From assembly GCA_965277805.1 (NCBI GenBank), contig OZ255842.1, forward strand, positions 2,208,001 to 2,272,000: a DNA stretch of 64,000 nucleotides. Reading direction: 5' to 3'. Source of the DNA: Candidatus Lustribacter sp. Its GTDB lineage: Bacteria > Vulcanimicrobiota > Vulcanimicrobiia > Vulcanimicrobiales > Vulcanimicrobiaceae. Below are positions 8,214-17,866 of this stretch, piece by piece (the stretch's first letter is position 1; every line of letters starts with the position of its first letter). The position numbers were made by a program, and so were the translations under genes. The notes under the pieces are model-generated. The model made no database searches. It had not been told where the DNA came from and worked only from the letters and a program-made list of their open reading frames with translations.

Positions 8214-8248
8214 TGTCATCCCGAGCTTGTCGAGGGACCGCCACAATC
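8214..8248. repeat. REP-like intergenic repeat, copy 1
   Basis: TGTCATCCCGAGCTTGTCGAGGGACCGCCACAATC, identical to 37315-37349, with an imperfect TCCC..GGGA hairpin. Confidence 0.8.
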
Positions 8249-8249
8249 T

Positions 8250-9845
8250 CTAGTATCCGAGCGCAATCCCATCCTTACGCGGATCGCTGCCACCAACGAG
8301 CACCCCACGCTCGCGATCGATAAAGATCGCCTGCCCACCCCCATGCGGCGGATCAACCTCAACCACATGATGCCCGCGCGCCGCTAACCCCTCGCGCGTT
8401 TTCACCGGAATGCCGCGCTCGACATACACATCGCCGAACATCGGCATCACGCGCGGGAGATCCAGCGCCGCCTGCACATCCAGCCCGTGATCGAACATGT
8501 TGGTCAACAGCAAACTCTGCCCGACCGGCTGAAAATGCCCGCCCATCACACCGAAGGGCATCACGGCTTGTCCACCGTGCGTCAGCATTCCCGGGATGAT
8601 CGTATGCATCGGCCGTTTTCCCGGCGCGAGCGCATTCGGATGCCCACGCCGAAGCTCGAACGACTGCCCGCGATTGTGTAACAGCACGCCGCTGCGCTCG
8701 GCATAAATCGTCGAGCCGAAACTCTCGAAGAGCGAGTTGATGAAACTGCATGCGTTCCCGGCTTCATCAACCACCGTGAGATACACCGTATCGCGATGCA
8801 CCGGCAGCCGCGACTCGCCCGGCTCCGGCAACTCCGCCAGCGCCCGATCGTCATCGATCAGCCCGCGCAGCGCACTGAGATACTCGCTCGACAACAGCCG
8901 GTCTACCGGGACCTCAACTGCCGTCGGATCGGCCAGAAACGCATCGCGATCGCGGAACGCCAACCGCGCAGCTTCAATATGACGATGCAGTCGCAGCGCT
9001 CCGAGCGGCCCATCCGCCTTTCCTAGCCCATCTAAGATTCCGAGAATCATCAACGCAATGAGTCCTGAACCGTTCGGCGGGCACTCCCAAACCTCAAAAC
9101 CCTTCCACGCCAACCGAATCGGATCGACAAACTCGGCACCCGTCATACCTGCTGCAAAATCGTCCTCGGTGTGCACGCCGCCGCGGGCCCGGAGCGTCCG
9201 CACGATATCCGCCGCGACCTCGCCGCGATAGAATGCCTCAGCACCGTTCGCCGCAATCGCGCGCAGCGTTTGCGCAAGCGCCGGATTGGACATGCGATCC
9301 CCCGCGCGCGGCGCCTGACCGCGCGGCAGATACGCCGCAAGTCCGGCGCTCCGAAGCCGCGCCGCGCTGAGCCGCCAATCGTAGGCCAGGCGCGGCTGCA
9401 CCACATAGCCTTCGACGGCAAACGCAATCGCCGGCCGCAGTAGCTCATCGAGCCCGCGGCTCCCGAAGCGCGCGCTCAGCGTTACCCACGCCGATATCGC
9501 ACCGGGAATCGTGACCGAGTCCGGGCCGTTCGGGTCGATGAACTGATCGCCGCGTGCTCGAATCGCGTCGAGGTCGATCGCGGCCGGCGCGCGTCCCGAC
9601 CCGTTCAACGCATACACGCGCCCACTGCCCGCCGGCGCGTAGAGACAAAACACGTCCCCGCCGATGCCGGTCGACTGCGGCTCGACTACCGCCAGCACCG
9701 CCGCCGCCGTAATCGCCGCATCCATTGCGTTTCCGCCGCATCGCAACATGTCGACCGCTGCCGACGTTGCTTGCGGCATCGAGGTCGCCGCCATGCCGTG
9801 GTCCGCGTACATCGGGCCCCGGCCGGGCGCATGAAAATCGCGCAT
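8250..9845 (-). CDS. ggt: Gamma-glutamyltransferase family protein (no signal peptide)
   Basis: GGNAMDAAI, VVEPQSTGIGGD, autoproteolysis site D-TVYLTVVD, PGKRPMHTIIP, GVMGG and GGSDPRKDG. Confidence 0.92.
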   Translation of the reverse strand: MRDFHAPGRGPMYADHGMAATSMPQATSAAVDMLRCGGNAMDAAITAAAVLAVVEPQSTGIGGDVFCLYAPAGSGRVYALNGSGRAPAAIDLDAIRARGDQFIDPNGPDSVTIPGAISAWVTLSARFGSRGLDELLRPAIAFAVEGYVVQPRLAYDWRLSAARLRSAGLAAYLPRGQAPRAGDRMSNPALAQTLRAIAANGAEAFYRGEVAADIVRTLRARGGVHTEDDFAAGMTGAEFVDPIRLAWKGFEVWECPPNGSGLIALMILGILDGLGKADGPLGALRLHRHIEAARLAFRDRDAFLADPTAVEVPVDRLLSSEYLSALRGLIDDDRALAELPEPGESRLPVHRDTVYLTVVDEAGNACSFINSLFESFGSTIYAERSGVLLHNRGQSFELRRGHPNALAPGKRPMHTIIPGMLTHGGQAVMPFGVMGGHFQPVGQSLLLTNMFDHGLDVQAALDLPRVMPMFGDVYVERGIPVKTREGLAARGHHVVEVDPPHGGGQAIFIDRERGVLVGGSDPRKDGIALGY

Positions 9846-9848
9846 CGC

Positions 9849-10802
9849 TTACCTGACGAGCGCCGTCTTACTGATCATCGATCGCGCATCGATGTGACTC
9901 GAAAGCGATTTCTGCGCGGTCGCCGCATCGAGAAACGGCTGCATCATCCGTACATCGAACACGTCGCCGTACGCGGCACGCCGCATGCCGGCAACGGTGT
10001 CGAGCGGGATGCCCGCATACTGCGCGAGGATCGCGCCGGACTTCGGCCAGTTCGACTGCGTATTTGCCCACAGTGCGGCCTCGTGCATCGCGGCGACGAA
10101 CTGCGCGGCCAGTGCCGGATGATCGGCGATCCAGTCTTCGGTCGCAAACCACGCGGTGAGCTCGACCTCTTTGCCGACCGCGCTATACGGATACCCGATG
10201 ATGCGATTGTCCGCCAGCGAAGGCGTGAGGCTCGGTTCGTTGATCGTTGCCGCGGCGACCGTGCCGCGTCCGACCGCTGCCGCCATACTCGGTTGCGGCA
10301 GCTCGATGAACTTCACCGAATCCGGATCGGCCCCGTTGTCGCGCAGCCACTTGTAGGTCGCCACTTTCGCCGGCCCCGCGATCGAAGGCTCGCCGATCGT
10401 CTTGCCGTTGAGATCCTTGGCCGTTTTGATCGTCGACGACTTCGCGGCGATCAACGCAGTCGCCGGCGCGGCAGCGCGATACAGGTACGACGGCGCAATG
10501 AGGGTGAGTGGAACGCCGTGCAGCCGCGCCTCAGCGATGTCGATCACGCCGCCCTCACCGATGTCGACCGATTTCCCGGTAACCGCCGCGGCGATTGCGG
10601 GTCCGCTGCCGTGCACGGCGATGAACTTCGCCTCGATGCCGTGTTTCTTGAGGAAGCCCATGTCTTCGGCGAAGTACGCCAGGGCATTGGAATCCTGGCC
10701 GGGCGTCGCGATGTTGATGACGGTGAGCGGTGGCGGAGATTGCGCTGCGCCCACACTCATCGAACCGAGCACGGCCAGCAGTGCAAATGCTATCGCCTTC
10801 AC
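9849..10802 (-). CDS. ABC solute-binding protein, NMT1/SsuA/TauA-like (orphan)
   Basis: Signal peptide, GFLKKHGIE, SGPAIAAAV, IKTAKDLNGKTIG and EAALWAN. GTG start overlaps the upstream stop. Confidence 0.85.
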   Translation of the reverse strand: MKAIAFALLAVLGSMSVGAAQSPPPLTVINIATPGQDSNALAYFAEDMGFLKKHGIEAKFIAVHGSGPAIAAAVTGKSVDIGEGGVIDIAEARLHGVPLTLIAPSYLYRAAAPATALIAAKSSTIKTAKDLNGKTIGEPSIAGPAKVATYKWLRDNGADPDSVKFIELPQPSMAAAVGRGTVAAATINEPSLTPSLADNRIIGYPYSAVGKEVELTAWFATEDWIADHPALAAQFVAAMHEAALWANTQSNWPKSGAILAQYAGIPLDTVAGMRRAAYGDVFDVRMMQPFLDAATAQKSLSSHIDARSMISKTALVR

Positions 10803-11875
10803 TCGACCAAGACTCCTCGGCGCAGTGCCGGAATGACGCGTTCGCCGAACAGCTTCACCGATGAGATGTACAGCTCGCGGGGCATCGCATCGAATTGGTG
10901 GTTGACGAGCAGCAGGTCGTAGCCTACGCGTTCATGCTGCGCGCGGATGGCGTCCGCAACCGTTTCCGGGCTGCCGAGGAACGCCAAGCCCTCGTCGAGC
11001 CAAAAGTCGACCGACTGCGCGGTCTCGTAGTAGATGCGCGCGAGTTCGCGCGTATCGGGCGTGATGTCACCGAGCATGTTTTTGGCCCGGTTCACGGCAT
11101 CCGGCCCTTGGATGCCGCGCAACATATATTGCTCCGCCTGCTTATGCGCTAACGCATCGGTCTCTGCAACGTGCACGTGGCGCACGAGTGCCGCGCGGCG
11201 GCGCGGACCGGGATGCGCGTACTTCGCGAGCTCCTTGCGCCAGTGGGCGAACTTTTCAGCAGCGATCGTTTCCGCTTCGAAGATCTGGCCGACGTTGAAA
11301 TTCATCTTCGCCGCGTATTCATACGAGCCGATGCTGTGCGCGCCCATCCAAACCGGGGGATGCGGTTGCTGGTAGGGATGCGGCTGCGGCGTCGCACCCG
11401 TGAACGTGTAGTATTCGCCCGCGTGATTGACGATACGATCGGTCCACGCTTTGAGCAACACGTCGATCGCCTCGTAGCCGTGCGCACGGCGATCTTTGAA
11501 GTCAACGTTCCACGGTTCGAACTCCCGGCTGCGCGTTCCGAAACCGAGCCCGACGTCGAGACGGCCCTGCGAGAGGTGATCGACGGTCGCCGTGTCCTGC
11601 GCGAGCCGGATCGGATGGTGCAGCGGCACCTGAAAGATCATCGTGCCGATGCGAATCGTCGTCGTCGCGAGCGCGAGCGCCGCGAGATACGGCGCGGGGG
11701 CGGTGATGCACGGAAATCCCGGGTTCTGATGCTCGATGAAGAAAAATGACTGATAGCCGCAGCGCTCGGCGAGTTGCGCATCATCGAGATGCTGCCGGTA
11801 AGCTGCGGCGGTCTCAACCGGCGAGGTGTCCGGGATGGCGGTCGTGTCGAAAAGGCCGAATTCAAGTTCGTTCAT
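10799..11875 (-). CDS. Luciferase-like (LLM) flavin-dependent oxidoreductase
   Basis: AERCGYQSFFFIEHQ, TTTIRIGT, HPIRLAQDTATVDHLSQGRLDVGLG and PYQQPHPPVW. Start ATG 11875. Confidence 0.92.
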   Translation of the reverse strand: MNELEFGLFDTTAIPDTSPVETAAAYRQHLDDAQLAERCGYQSFFFIEHQNPGFPCITAPAPYLAALALATTTIRIGTMIFQVPLHHPIRLAQDTATVDHLSQGRLDVGLGFGTRSREFEPWNVDFKDRRAHGYEAIDVLLKAWTDRIVNHAGEYYTFTGATPQPHPYQQPHPPVWMGAHSIGSYEYAAKMNFNVGQIFEAETIAAEKFAHWRKELAKYAHPGPRRRAALVRHVHVAETDALAHKQAEQYMLRGIQGPDAVNRAKNMLGDITPDTRELARIYYETAQSVDFWLDEGLAFLGSPETVADAIRAQHERVGYDLLLVNHQFDAMPRELYISSVKLFGERVIPALRRGVLVE

Positions 11876-11967
11876 CGTGGTAACGCCACCAGTGCGACGC
11901 CAAAACCGGAGCACCCTGGGGGTTCGGAGGCGCCTATCGTGAATAGGCTCTCACGGAGGCACCGAGC

Positions 11968-12552
11968 ATGTCTGATACACACGACACCTATCGCGAGCTT
12001 GCGGTCAATAAGTCGGCCGACGAAGTATGGTCTTGGATCTCCAACGTCAACAACGTCATGACGGCGAACCAGTTCCACGTTGGGCTCGACTGCGATGCGG
12101 CCGACGTCCGCGACCCACGTCCAGGTCTCGACGTACCGATCATCCACGAAATCTTCGGCGCGCGGCATATACGGCTGGCCAAGATCACGAAGTACGTCGA
12201 TTACGAAATCGCCTGGGGCGAACGGCTGCCCGATCCCAACGCCCATGACGGCTTCCCCCATAGCGAAGGCTGGAAGGTGGAATCCACGGGTCCAAACTCG
12301 TGCATCATGCGCAACCACCTGCGCGGCCGGCATATGTTTCCGATGGCCGACGTGTTCGGCAAGGAACTCTGGGATCTGCTGATCCCGCCGATCCTCGACA
12401 ACGACCTCCAGGACGTCGCGCACGCAATTGGGGCGATCGACCGCGTGCAGACGGTCCCGGTCCCTCGCCTCGCGAGCTTGCTGCAGCGCCTCTCGCGCGC
12501 CCGTGAGATCAACGGTGTGCCGGCCACCGACTTCTTTACCTCAACCGGTTAG
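11968..12552 (+). CDS. Hypothetical protein, possibly SRPBCC/START fold
   Basis: GGAGG RBS. N-terminal pattern AVNKSADEVWSWISN resembles SRPBCC proteins, and codon usage looks genomic. Confidence 0.55.
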   Translation: MSDTHDTYRELAVNKSADEVWSWISNVNNVMTANQFHVGLDCDAADVRDPRPGLDVPIIHEIFGARHIRLAKITKYVDYEIAWGERLPDPNAHDGFPHSEGWKVESTGPNSCIMRNHLRGRHMFPMADVFGKELWDLLIPPILDNDLQDVAHAIGAIDRVQTVPVPRLASLLQRLSRAREINGVPATDFFTSTG

Positions 12553-12654
12553 CGCGGCCGGATCGATCATCTCCGTGTAGCGGAAGCCGGCGGAGATCGT
12601 CTTGTATTTCAGGGCTGCGTCGATCATGGGCTCGTTGAGATCGGCGCCACGCAT
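12541..12654 (-). pseudogene. 3' remnant of an NMT1-type solute-binding protein gene
   Basis: Reads ADLNEPMIDAALKYKTISAGFRYTEMIDPAALTG*, which aligns by eye with the C-terminus of the 62846 SBP (LIQPLIDVAVKYKSIPQGFSAKELLDPSI). Confidence 0.7.
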
Positions 12655-12664
12655 CCGCCGCCAT

Positions 12665-13198
12665 TCAAGAATGAGCGGCGACGGCCCCGCCGATCCTTTG
12701 CCCGGCTTCGTTCGCGGAAGCTTGGCGGCTCAACAACAGCCGGACGGTAATGCCGTGCGTGATCAGCAACAGCGGCACATACAAGATCGGGATCGCGTAC
12801 GTTTGGCTGAAGTTGTCGGGCAGAATCCCGAGCTTGATAACGCGGTAGATATTGTTGATCAAATCCGCCGTGCCGACGAACGTGTACAGCACCGTGAACA
12901 CCATTGCTGCACGTTCCCAGCGAAACGTCACGATCGATGCGATTGCAAGCAGCGATGTCGCGAAATCGCCGTAGGCTGCGGGAACCGCAAATGCTGCCGG
13001 CAGTCCCGCCGGCCCGAGAAACGCCGGCATCAGGAACAGCAATCCCTCAAAGCGGAATGCGTTCAACATCGCGATCTGACGCAGGGCGCGTCGCCGGTCG
13101 ATGCGGGCCAAAACCGGCCACCAAAAGATGCCGACGAAGAGCGCGCAGGCCACGAAGCCTTCGGCGAGGTGGATTCGGAAAATCTCAATCGAGGACAT
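12665..13198 (-). CDS. Hypothetical integral membrane protein
   Basis: Several hydrophobic segments (FRFEGLLFLMP, AFAVPAAYGDF, IPILYVPLLLITH) and a GGGAGGT RBS. The start may be GTG 13201. Confidence 0.7.
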   Translation of the reverse strand: MSSIEIFRIHLAEGFVACALFVGIFWWPVLARIDRRRALRQIAMLNAFRFEGLLFLMPAFLGPAGLPAAFAVPAAYGDFATSLLAIASIVTFRWERAAMVFTVLYTFVGTADLINNIYRVIKLGILPDNFSQTYAIPILYVPLLLITHGITVRLLLSRQASANEAGQRIGGAVAAHS

Positions 13199-13219
13199 CA
13201 CGTTTTCGTTACCTCCCAA

Positions 13220-13277
13220 ATGGTACCAGTGGGTACCGACAGCAGGAAGTATATGGTACCGCCGGGTACCATGTCAA
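13220..13277. promoter_or_regulatory. Two GGTACC-N4-GGTACC palindromes (probable TetR operators) over divergent promoters
   Basis: ATGGTACCagtgGGTACC (13220-13237) and ATGGTACCgccgGGTACCAT (13253-13272). Minus-strand TTGACA (13277-13272), 18 nt, TATACT (13253-13248). Confidence 0.75.
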
Positions 13278-13278
13278 G

Positions 13279-13902
13279 GTGACCGCAGAGAATCCGCTCC
13301 GGCGGCGCATCCTCGACGCAGCCTTTTCCGCGTTTACGAAAGACGGCTATGCCGCGACGAGCACGCTCGCGATCGCTACGCGTGCGAAGGTCTCGAAGCG
13401 CGATCTGTACACGGTCGCAGGGAGCAAACACGAGCTCCTCATTGCCTGCATCACGGAACGCGCCGCCGCGCTCGCCGCCGTTCCCGAACTTTCGCTGATC
13501 CGGGATCGGGCATCGCTAGAGCACGCCTTGATCGAGCTTGGCGAACGGGTGCTCAGCACAGTGAGTCATCCAAAGGCCATTGCCATGTTCCGGCTCGCGA
13601 TTGCCGAAGCCGAACGCACCCCGGAGATTGCCCAGGCAATCGAATCGATCGCGCGGGAGGCGAGCCGCGCGAGTCTTCGGCAAATCCTCAACGAAGATGT
13701 GGCGCGGTCGTTGCTGGCCGGCGACGTTGCCGAAATGGCCGGGGCGTTCATGGCGCTGCTCTTCGGCAATCTGCAGCTGAGCTGGTTATTGCGTGTCGGC
13801 GATCCACCCAATCCGCGCGAGATCGAGCGCCGTGCGAAGTATGCAACGAAGGCGCTGTTCAAGCTCTACCCGCGCCTAGGGGATCAGCAGCAGCTTGCCT
13901 GA
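13279..13902 (+). CDS. TetR/AcrR family transcriptional regulator
   Basis: HTH region RRRILDAAFSAFTKDGYAATSTLAIATRAKVSKRDLY. GTG start 6 nt after TACCAT, so probably leaderless. Confidence 0.9.
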   Translation: MTAENPLRRRILDAAFSAFTKDGYAATSTLAIATRAKVSKRDLYTVAGSKHELLIACITERAAALAAVPELSLIRDRASLEHALIELGERVLSTVSHPKAIAMFRLAIAEAERTPEIAQAIESIAREASRASLRQILNEDVARSLLAGDVAEMAGAFMALLFGNLQLSWLLRVGDPPNPREIERRAKYATKALFKLYPRLGDQQQLA

Positions 13903-14877
13903 CGTCTCGCGGCCTTCGAGCGCACGATGCGCGTCGGCGGCTGCCGCGAGCGGCAGCTTGCGATCGATGGTCAAACGTAACCAGCCTTTTCGGACGCCGG
14001 CAAGCACGGCAGCGGCGCGGCGTGCGACTTCCTCCGGCGTGCGGGTAAAATGCAGCAAGCCCGCGCCGCTCACCGTCACCGCCCGTCCACTATACGCGTT
14101 CGGAGAAACAGGCTCGACGGCTCCGCTGGCGGCACCGTAAACGACGATGTGACCGCGCACTTTCACCGCCGCGAGGTCGGCGGGGAACGTCGTCTTACCC
14201 ACCGCATCGAGAATCAGATCGACGCCCTCACCGTTCGTGATGCGCATGACTTCATCGGCGAAGTTCGTCTCCGTATAGAGGATCACGTCGCGCGCGCCCA
14301 TCGCCTTCGCTTTCTTCGCCTTGGCCGCGCTCGAGGTCGTTCCGATCACATGTGCGCCCAAATGCGTCGCCCACTGCGTCAGCAGCAGCCCCATCCCGCC
14401 GGCCACCGCGTGGACCAGGACCGTCGTACCGGGCCCGACCGGCGCGTACTCGTGCAGCAGATAGTGCGCGGTCATGCCTTGCAACGGCAACGCCGCCGCC
14501 TCGATGAGATCGACGTCATCCGGAATCCGGATAGCTTGCCATGCGGGCGCGAGCGCATACTCGGCATACGTACAACCGATGGCCGACGGATCTTGGGCGT
14601 AGGTCCCGAACGGCGTCGCGAACATGACGCGATCGCCCGTACGCAGTTGCGTCACGCCGTCGCCGGCAGCCTCAATCGTGCCGGACGCCTCGCCGCCCGG
14701 GATGCGCGGAAACGTGATGCCGGCGCGGCCGCCCATGCGCATGCCGACGTCCATGAAGTTCACGCCCGACGCAGCCACCCGCACGAGCACCTGACCGGCT
14801 GCGGGTGACGGCACCGGAACGTCAACGTGTTCCAATACCTCCGGCCCGCCGGCCCGCGCCGCGACGATCGCCTTCAT
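13876..14877 (-). CDS. qor: NADPH:quinone oxidoreductase (MDR/zeta-crystallin family)
   Basis: GGPEVL, GVNFMD, LQGMTAHYL, VLVHAVAGGMG and AHRALEGRETSGKLLLIP. Confidence 0.9.
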   Translation of the reverse strand: MKAIVAARAGGPEVLEHVDVPVPSPAAGQVLVRVAASGVNFMDVGMRMGGRAGITFPRIPGGEASGTIEAAGDGVTQLRTGDRVMFATPFGTYAQDPSAIGCTYAEYALAPAWQAIRIPDDVDLIEAAALPLQGMTAHYLLHEYAPVGPGTTVLVHAVAGGMGLLLTQWATHLGAHVIGTTSSAAKAKKAKAMGARDVILYTETNFADEVMRITNGEGVDLILDAVGKTTFPADLAAVKVRGHIVVYGAASGAVEPVSPNAYSGRAVTVSGAGLLHFTRTPEEVARRAAAVLAGVRKGWLRLTIDRKLPLAAAADAHRALEGRETSGKLLLIP

Positions 14878-14886
14878 CCGCAACGG

Positions 14887-15831
14887 CTATTTCGGCACTT
14901 GATAGATGAGTTCTTCAGGCTTGAACGGTGCATCGATCTGCTTGTAGCGCACCATCAGATCGATGGTCGGCTGAATCAGCGAAGGCGAGAGCGTCGCGAG
15001 GAATACCGGTCGCGCGGAAGCCTTGATCGTCGCTACGTCGGCCTTGGTATTCTTCGAGAAGATGGCAACGGCTTTGTCGGGGTTCTTATTGGCCCAGTCA
15101 GCCGTATCACGAATTGTCGCCGCAAAGCGCCGAACGAGATCGGGGTGCGCTTGCGCCCAAGCTTTGGTTGCGACAAATACGTTGACGGCCCAGATATTAC
15201 CGATGGCTGCAAACGGATCCGGCCCGATCTGGTGCGCATAGGGTTTCGACTGCGTGGTGAACGGTTCGAGGCCGATGGCTCCGTCGATGCGGCCCTCTTG
15301 CAATGTCGCCGCCGTTGCGGGAAACGGAATTTCGATATATTTCACCTTACTCGAATCGCCACCGTTCTTGTCGATCCAGAGGTCCATCGCGAGTTCGCCC
15401 ATGCTCCGCAACGGAAACGTGCCGACCGTCTTGCCCTCGAAGTCTTTCGCGGAATCGATCGGAGCGCCGTTACGCACCAGCATCGTCACGATCTTGCTCT
15501 TGGCCGAGTCGTAGCCCGACGCCGGCGCGATCGCCACGATCGCCAGTCCCTTCGCGTGCGCTTGTTCCAGATTATTGATGCCGACGGCGCCGACGTCGAT
15601 GTCCCCGCTCACCAAGGCATTGATCGTCACGGCGGCGTTCGGCTGCACTTGGATGTCGGGCGTCAAGCCGTTCTTCGCGAAAAAACCCATGTCCGCAGCG
15701 TAAAACGGTTCGGCGGAGACTTCGATGGTCGAGATCCCAATTCGCAACGTCGGATTGGTTTGGGCCAGCGTCGCCGCCGGGCCGGCCGCGATCACGAGCG
15801 CGGCAAGAATCGCTACGAGTCGTTGTTTCAC
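14887..15831 (-). CDS. ABC solute-binding protein, NMT1/SsuA-like (orphan)
   Basis: Signal peptide, YAADMGFFAKNGL, AKDFEGKTVG, WIDKNGGDSSKVKYIEIPFP and LIQPTID. Confidence 0.87.
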   Translation of the reverse strand: MKQRLVAILAALVIAAGPAATLAQTNPTLRIGISTIEVSAEPFYAADMGFFAKNGLTPDIQVQPNAAVTINALVSGDIDVGAVGINNLEQAHAKGLAIVAIAPASGYDSAKSKIVTMLVRNGAPIDSAKDFEGKTVGTFPLRSMGELAMDLWIDKNGGDSSKVKYIEIPFPATAATLQEGRIDGAIGLEPFTTQSKPYAHQIGPDPFAAIGNIWAVNVFVATKAWAQAHPDLVRRFAATIRDTADWANKNPDKAVAIFSKNTKADVATIKASARPVFLATLSPSLIQPTIDLMVRYKQIDAPFKPEELIYQVPK

Positions 15832-16835
15832 TTGGCACCCCTAAGATACGAGCTGTCGATCAGTGCGTCGATCGGCACCTTCTTCTGCAACATGTTGAGC
15901 GAGAGCCAGAGCTGCTCTTGGCGCCGGATCGAGTCGACGTCGATCTTGCCGTCGCCGGGGTACGGCGGACCGGGAATCGCCGCGAAGACACTCCGATCCA
16001 GTCCCGACCATTTGCTTTCGCTATCGATCAGCTCCGGCGTCCATTTTCCGTTCGAAGCTGCGATGTCGCGGCACGCACGCATGAAAGCGCGCACGAACCG
16101 GACGGCGGCGTCGTGATGATCGCGCGCGAACGCCGGCCCGATCGCGAGATACGCCGTCTGGAAAGACGGGAGCACGTCCTGATAGCTGAGCCAGCGGTGC
16201 GCGACGCCCATGTTCTGGAACTCGGTCGCGAGCGGCTCGGTCACGCTCATGGCGTCGTACTGTTTGTTTCGCAGCGCGGGCAAGAAGTTCGTCGCCGAAC
16301 CCGCTATCCCGACGTTCATGATAACGTTCGACATCGTTAGCCCGGCCTTTGCCAGAATGTCGAATGCGAGAACGTCGTTGGGCGAACCGTTGGGCTTGGG
16401 TATCTTCTTCCCGCGCAGGTCGGCCGGCGTGCGAATCTTCTTCGAATCCCAAAGGTCCTGACGCACCATGAAGTAGACGGTCTCGTTCCAGCCTTTGTGC
16501 GTTTCCTCAATCGGCGCAACGATCTTGACGCCGAACCCTTCCGTGTACTGGTTGAAGAACGCCGGGCCCATCACTTGGGGGGCCACATCGATGTCACCGC
16601 GGGCAAGATACGGCGCGACCAGAACCAGCGACCCCGGAGCTTTGGAGACGCGCACGTCCAAATGTTCGTCCGTGAAATAGCCCTTGTCGATCGCCAACAT
16701 GAACGGCAATTCATCGTAGAGGCTCGGGTTGAACATCAGCCGCACGACGTCGGCGTCGGCCGCCGGCGCGGCGCTCGGCAAGAGCCCGATCGTCAACGCA
16801 ACGAGCACGATCCAGAGAATACACGTCTTGATCAT
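15828..16835 (-). CDS. ABC solute-binding protein, NMT1/SsuA-like (orphan)
   Basis: Start ATG 16835 overlaps the LLM stop. Signal peptide, AIDKGYFTDEHLDV, LARGDIDVAP and ADLRGKK. Paralogue of the 25185 SBP. Confidence 0.85.
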   Translation of the reverse strand: MIKTCILWIVLVALTIGLLPSAAPAADADVVRLMFNPSLYDELPFMLAIDKGYFTDEHLDVRVSKAPGSLVLVAPYLARGDIDVAPQVMGPAFFNQYTEGFGVKIVAPIEETHKGWNETVYFMVRQDLWDSKKIRTPADLRGKKIPKPNGSPNDVLAFDILAKAGLTMSNVIMNVGIAGSATNFLPALRNKQYDAMSVTEPLATEFQNMGVAHRWLSYQDVLPSFQTAYLAIGPAFARDHHDAAVRFVRAFMRACRDIAASNGKWTPELIDSESKWSGLDRSVFAAIPGPPYPGDGKIDVDSIRRQEQLWLSLNMLQKKVPIDALIDSSYLRGAK

Positions 16836-17866
16836 CAGGCTGCCGTCGGCGCGAGCTCGGCCAAATCGGGAAACACGTGCTCGGTCAGCAGATCGAGCGA
16901 ATGGCGCGACTGTTCGTAGGTGAGACCGCCGAAGGCGACGCGAACGGCGAGGTAGTTGATCCCGGATTCGTCGATGAAGTTCGCCAGGTAATCCCGCACG
17001 GTTTTCGGGTTGCCGCAAGCGATCAGCCCGGCCGCGCGCGCTTCGTCAAAATCGCTGAGCCACTCGCGCCGCTTCTTGATGCCGTACTGACGCGCCAGGT
17101 GCTGCGTGTGGTCGCTATACATCGCGTACGCCGCCTTGGCCAGCGACTCTGCTTCCGCATCGGAGTCGGCCACGACCGTAAACTTCGTGCTGCCGAAGAA
17201 CGGGAACTCGCTCGGATCGCGGCCCGCATTCGCCCACTCCTCGCGATAGCGGTCGCTGAGAACGCGCACGCCGGCCGGCGGCAGGTTCGACATCAGGTTC
17301 ACGCTGTGCTTCGCGGCCCACACCGCCGTCCCGGGCGAACCGATGCCGTACCAGAGGGGCGGCCGCGGTTTCTGATAGGGCCGCATGACGATCGGCACGT
17401 CGTTGAACGTGTAGTGCTCTCCCCTGAAGTTCAAGACGCCGCCCTCGAACGCGCGCAGCAGCACTTCGAGCGACTCGGCGTACATCGCATCGGCGACCTT
17501 CATGTCGGTGATGCCGAGGAAGCTCAGTTCGGTCGGGTTGACGCCGCGTCCGATGCCTAGTTCCAACCGCCCGCGGCTGAGCTGATCGAGCATGCAGATT
17601 TCTTCATAGAAGCGATATGGATGGTAGGCCGCGAGACAAAAGACCATCGCGCCGAAACGCATCGTCTTGGTGCGCTGCGCAACCGAAGCAAGAAAGACCG
17701 GCGGCGAGGGCGCCATTCCGAGCGGCGTGCCGTGATGTTCTGCCATATGATAGGCGTGAATCCATCCGCAGGCATCGTAGGCTTCCACCAGCCGCAGCCG
17801 ATCCTCGTACTGTTCACTCGTTGAAACGTCCCCGCGGTCAATATGATCGAAAGCCCCAAACTTCAT
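16835..17866 (-). CDS. Luciferase-like (LLM) flavin-dependent oxidoreductase
   Basis: MKFGAFDH, AEHHGTPLGMAPSP, EEICMLDQLSRGRLELGIGRG and PYQKPRPPLW. Confidence 0.92.
   Translation of the reverse strand: MKFGAFDHIDRGDVSTSEQYEDRLRLVEAYDACGWIHAYHMAEHHGTPLGMAPSPPVFLASVAQRTKTMRFGAMVFCLAAYHPYRFYEEICMLDQLSRGRLELGIGRGVNPTELSFLGITDMKVADAMYAESLEVLLRAFEGGVLNFRGEHYTFNDVPIVMRPYQKPRPPLWYGIGSPGTAVWAAKHSVNLMSNLPPAGVRVLSDRYREEWANAGRDPSEFPFFGSTKFTVVADSDAEAESLAKAAYAMYSDHTQHLARQYGIKKRREWLSDFDEARAAGLIACGNPKTVRDYLANFIDESGINYLAVRVAFGGLTYEQSRHSLDLLTEHVFPDLAELAPTAA

Noticed and set aside
8184-8387. 67-aa ORF containing CHPELVEG
   Set aside because: It is a translation of the REP-like repeat plus the antisense of ggt.
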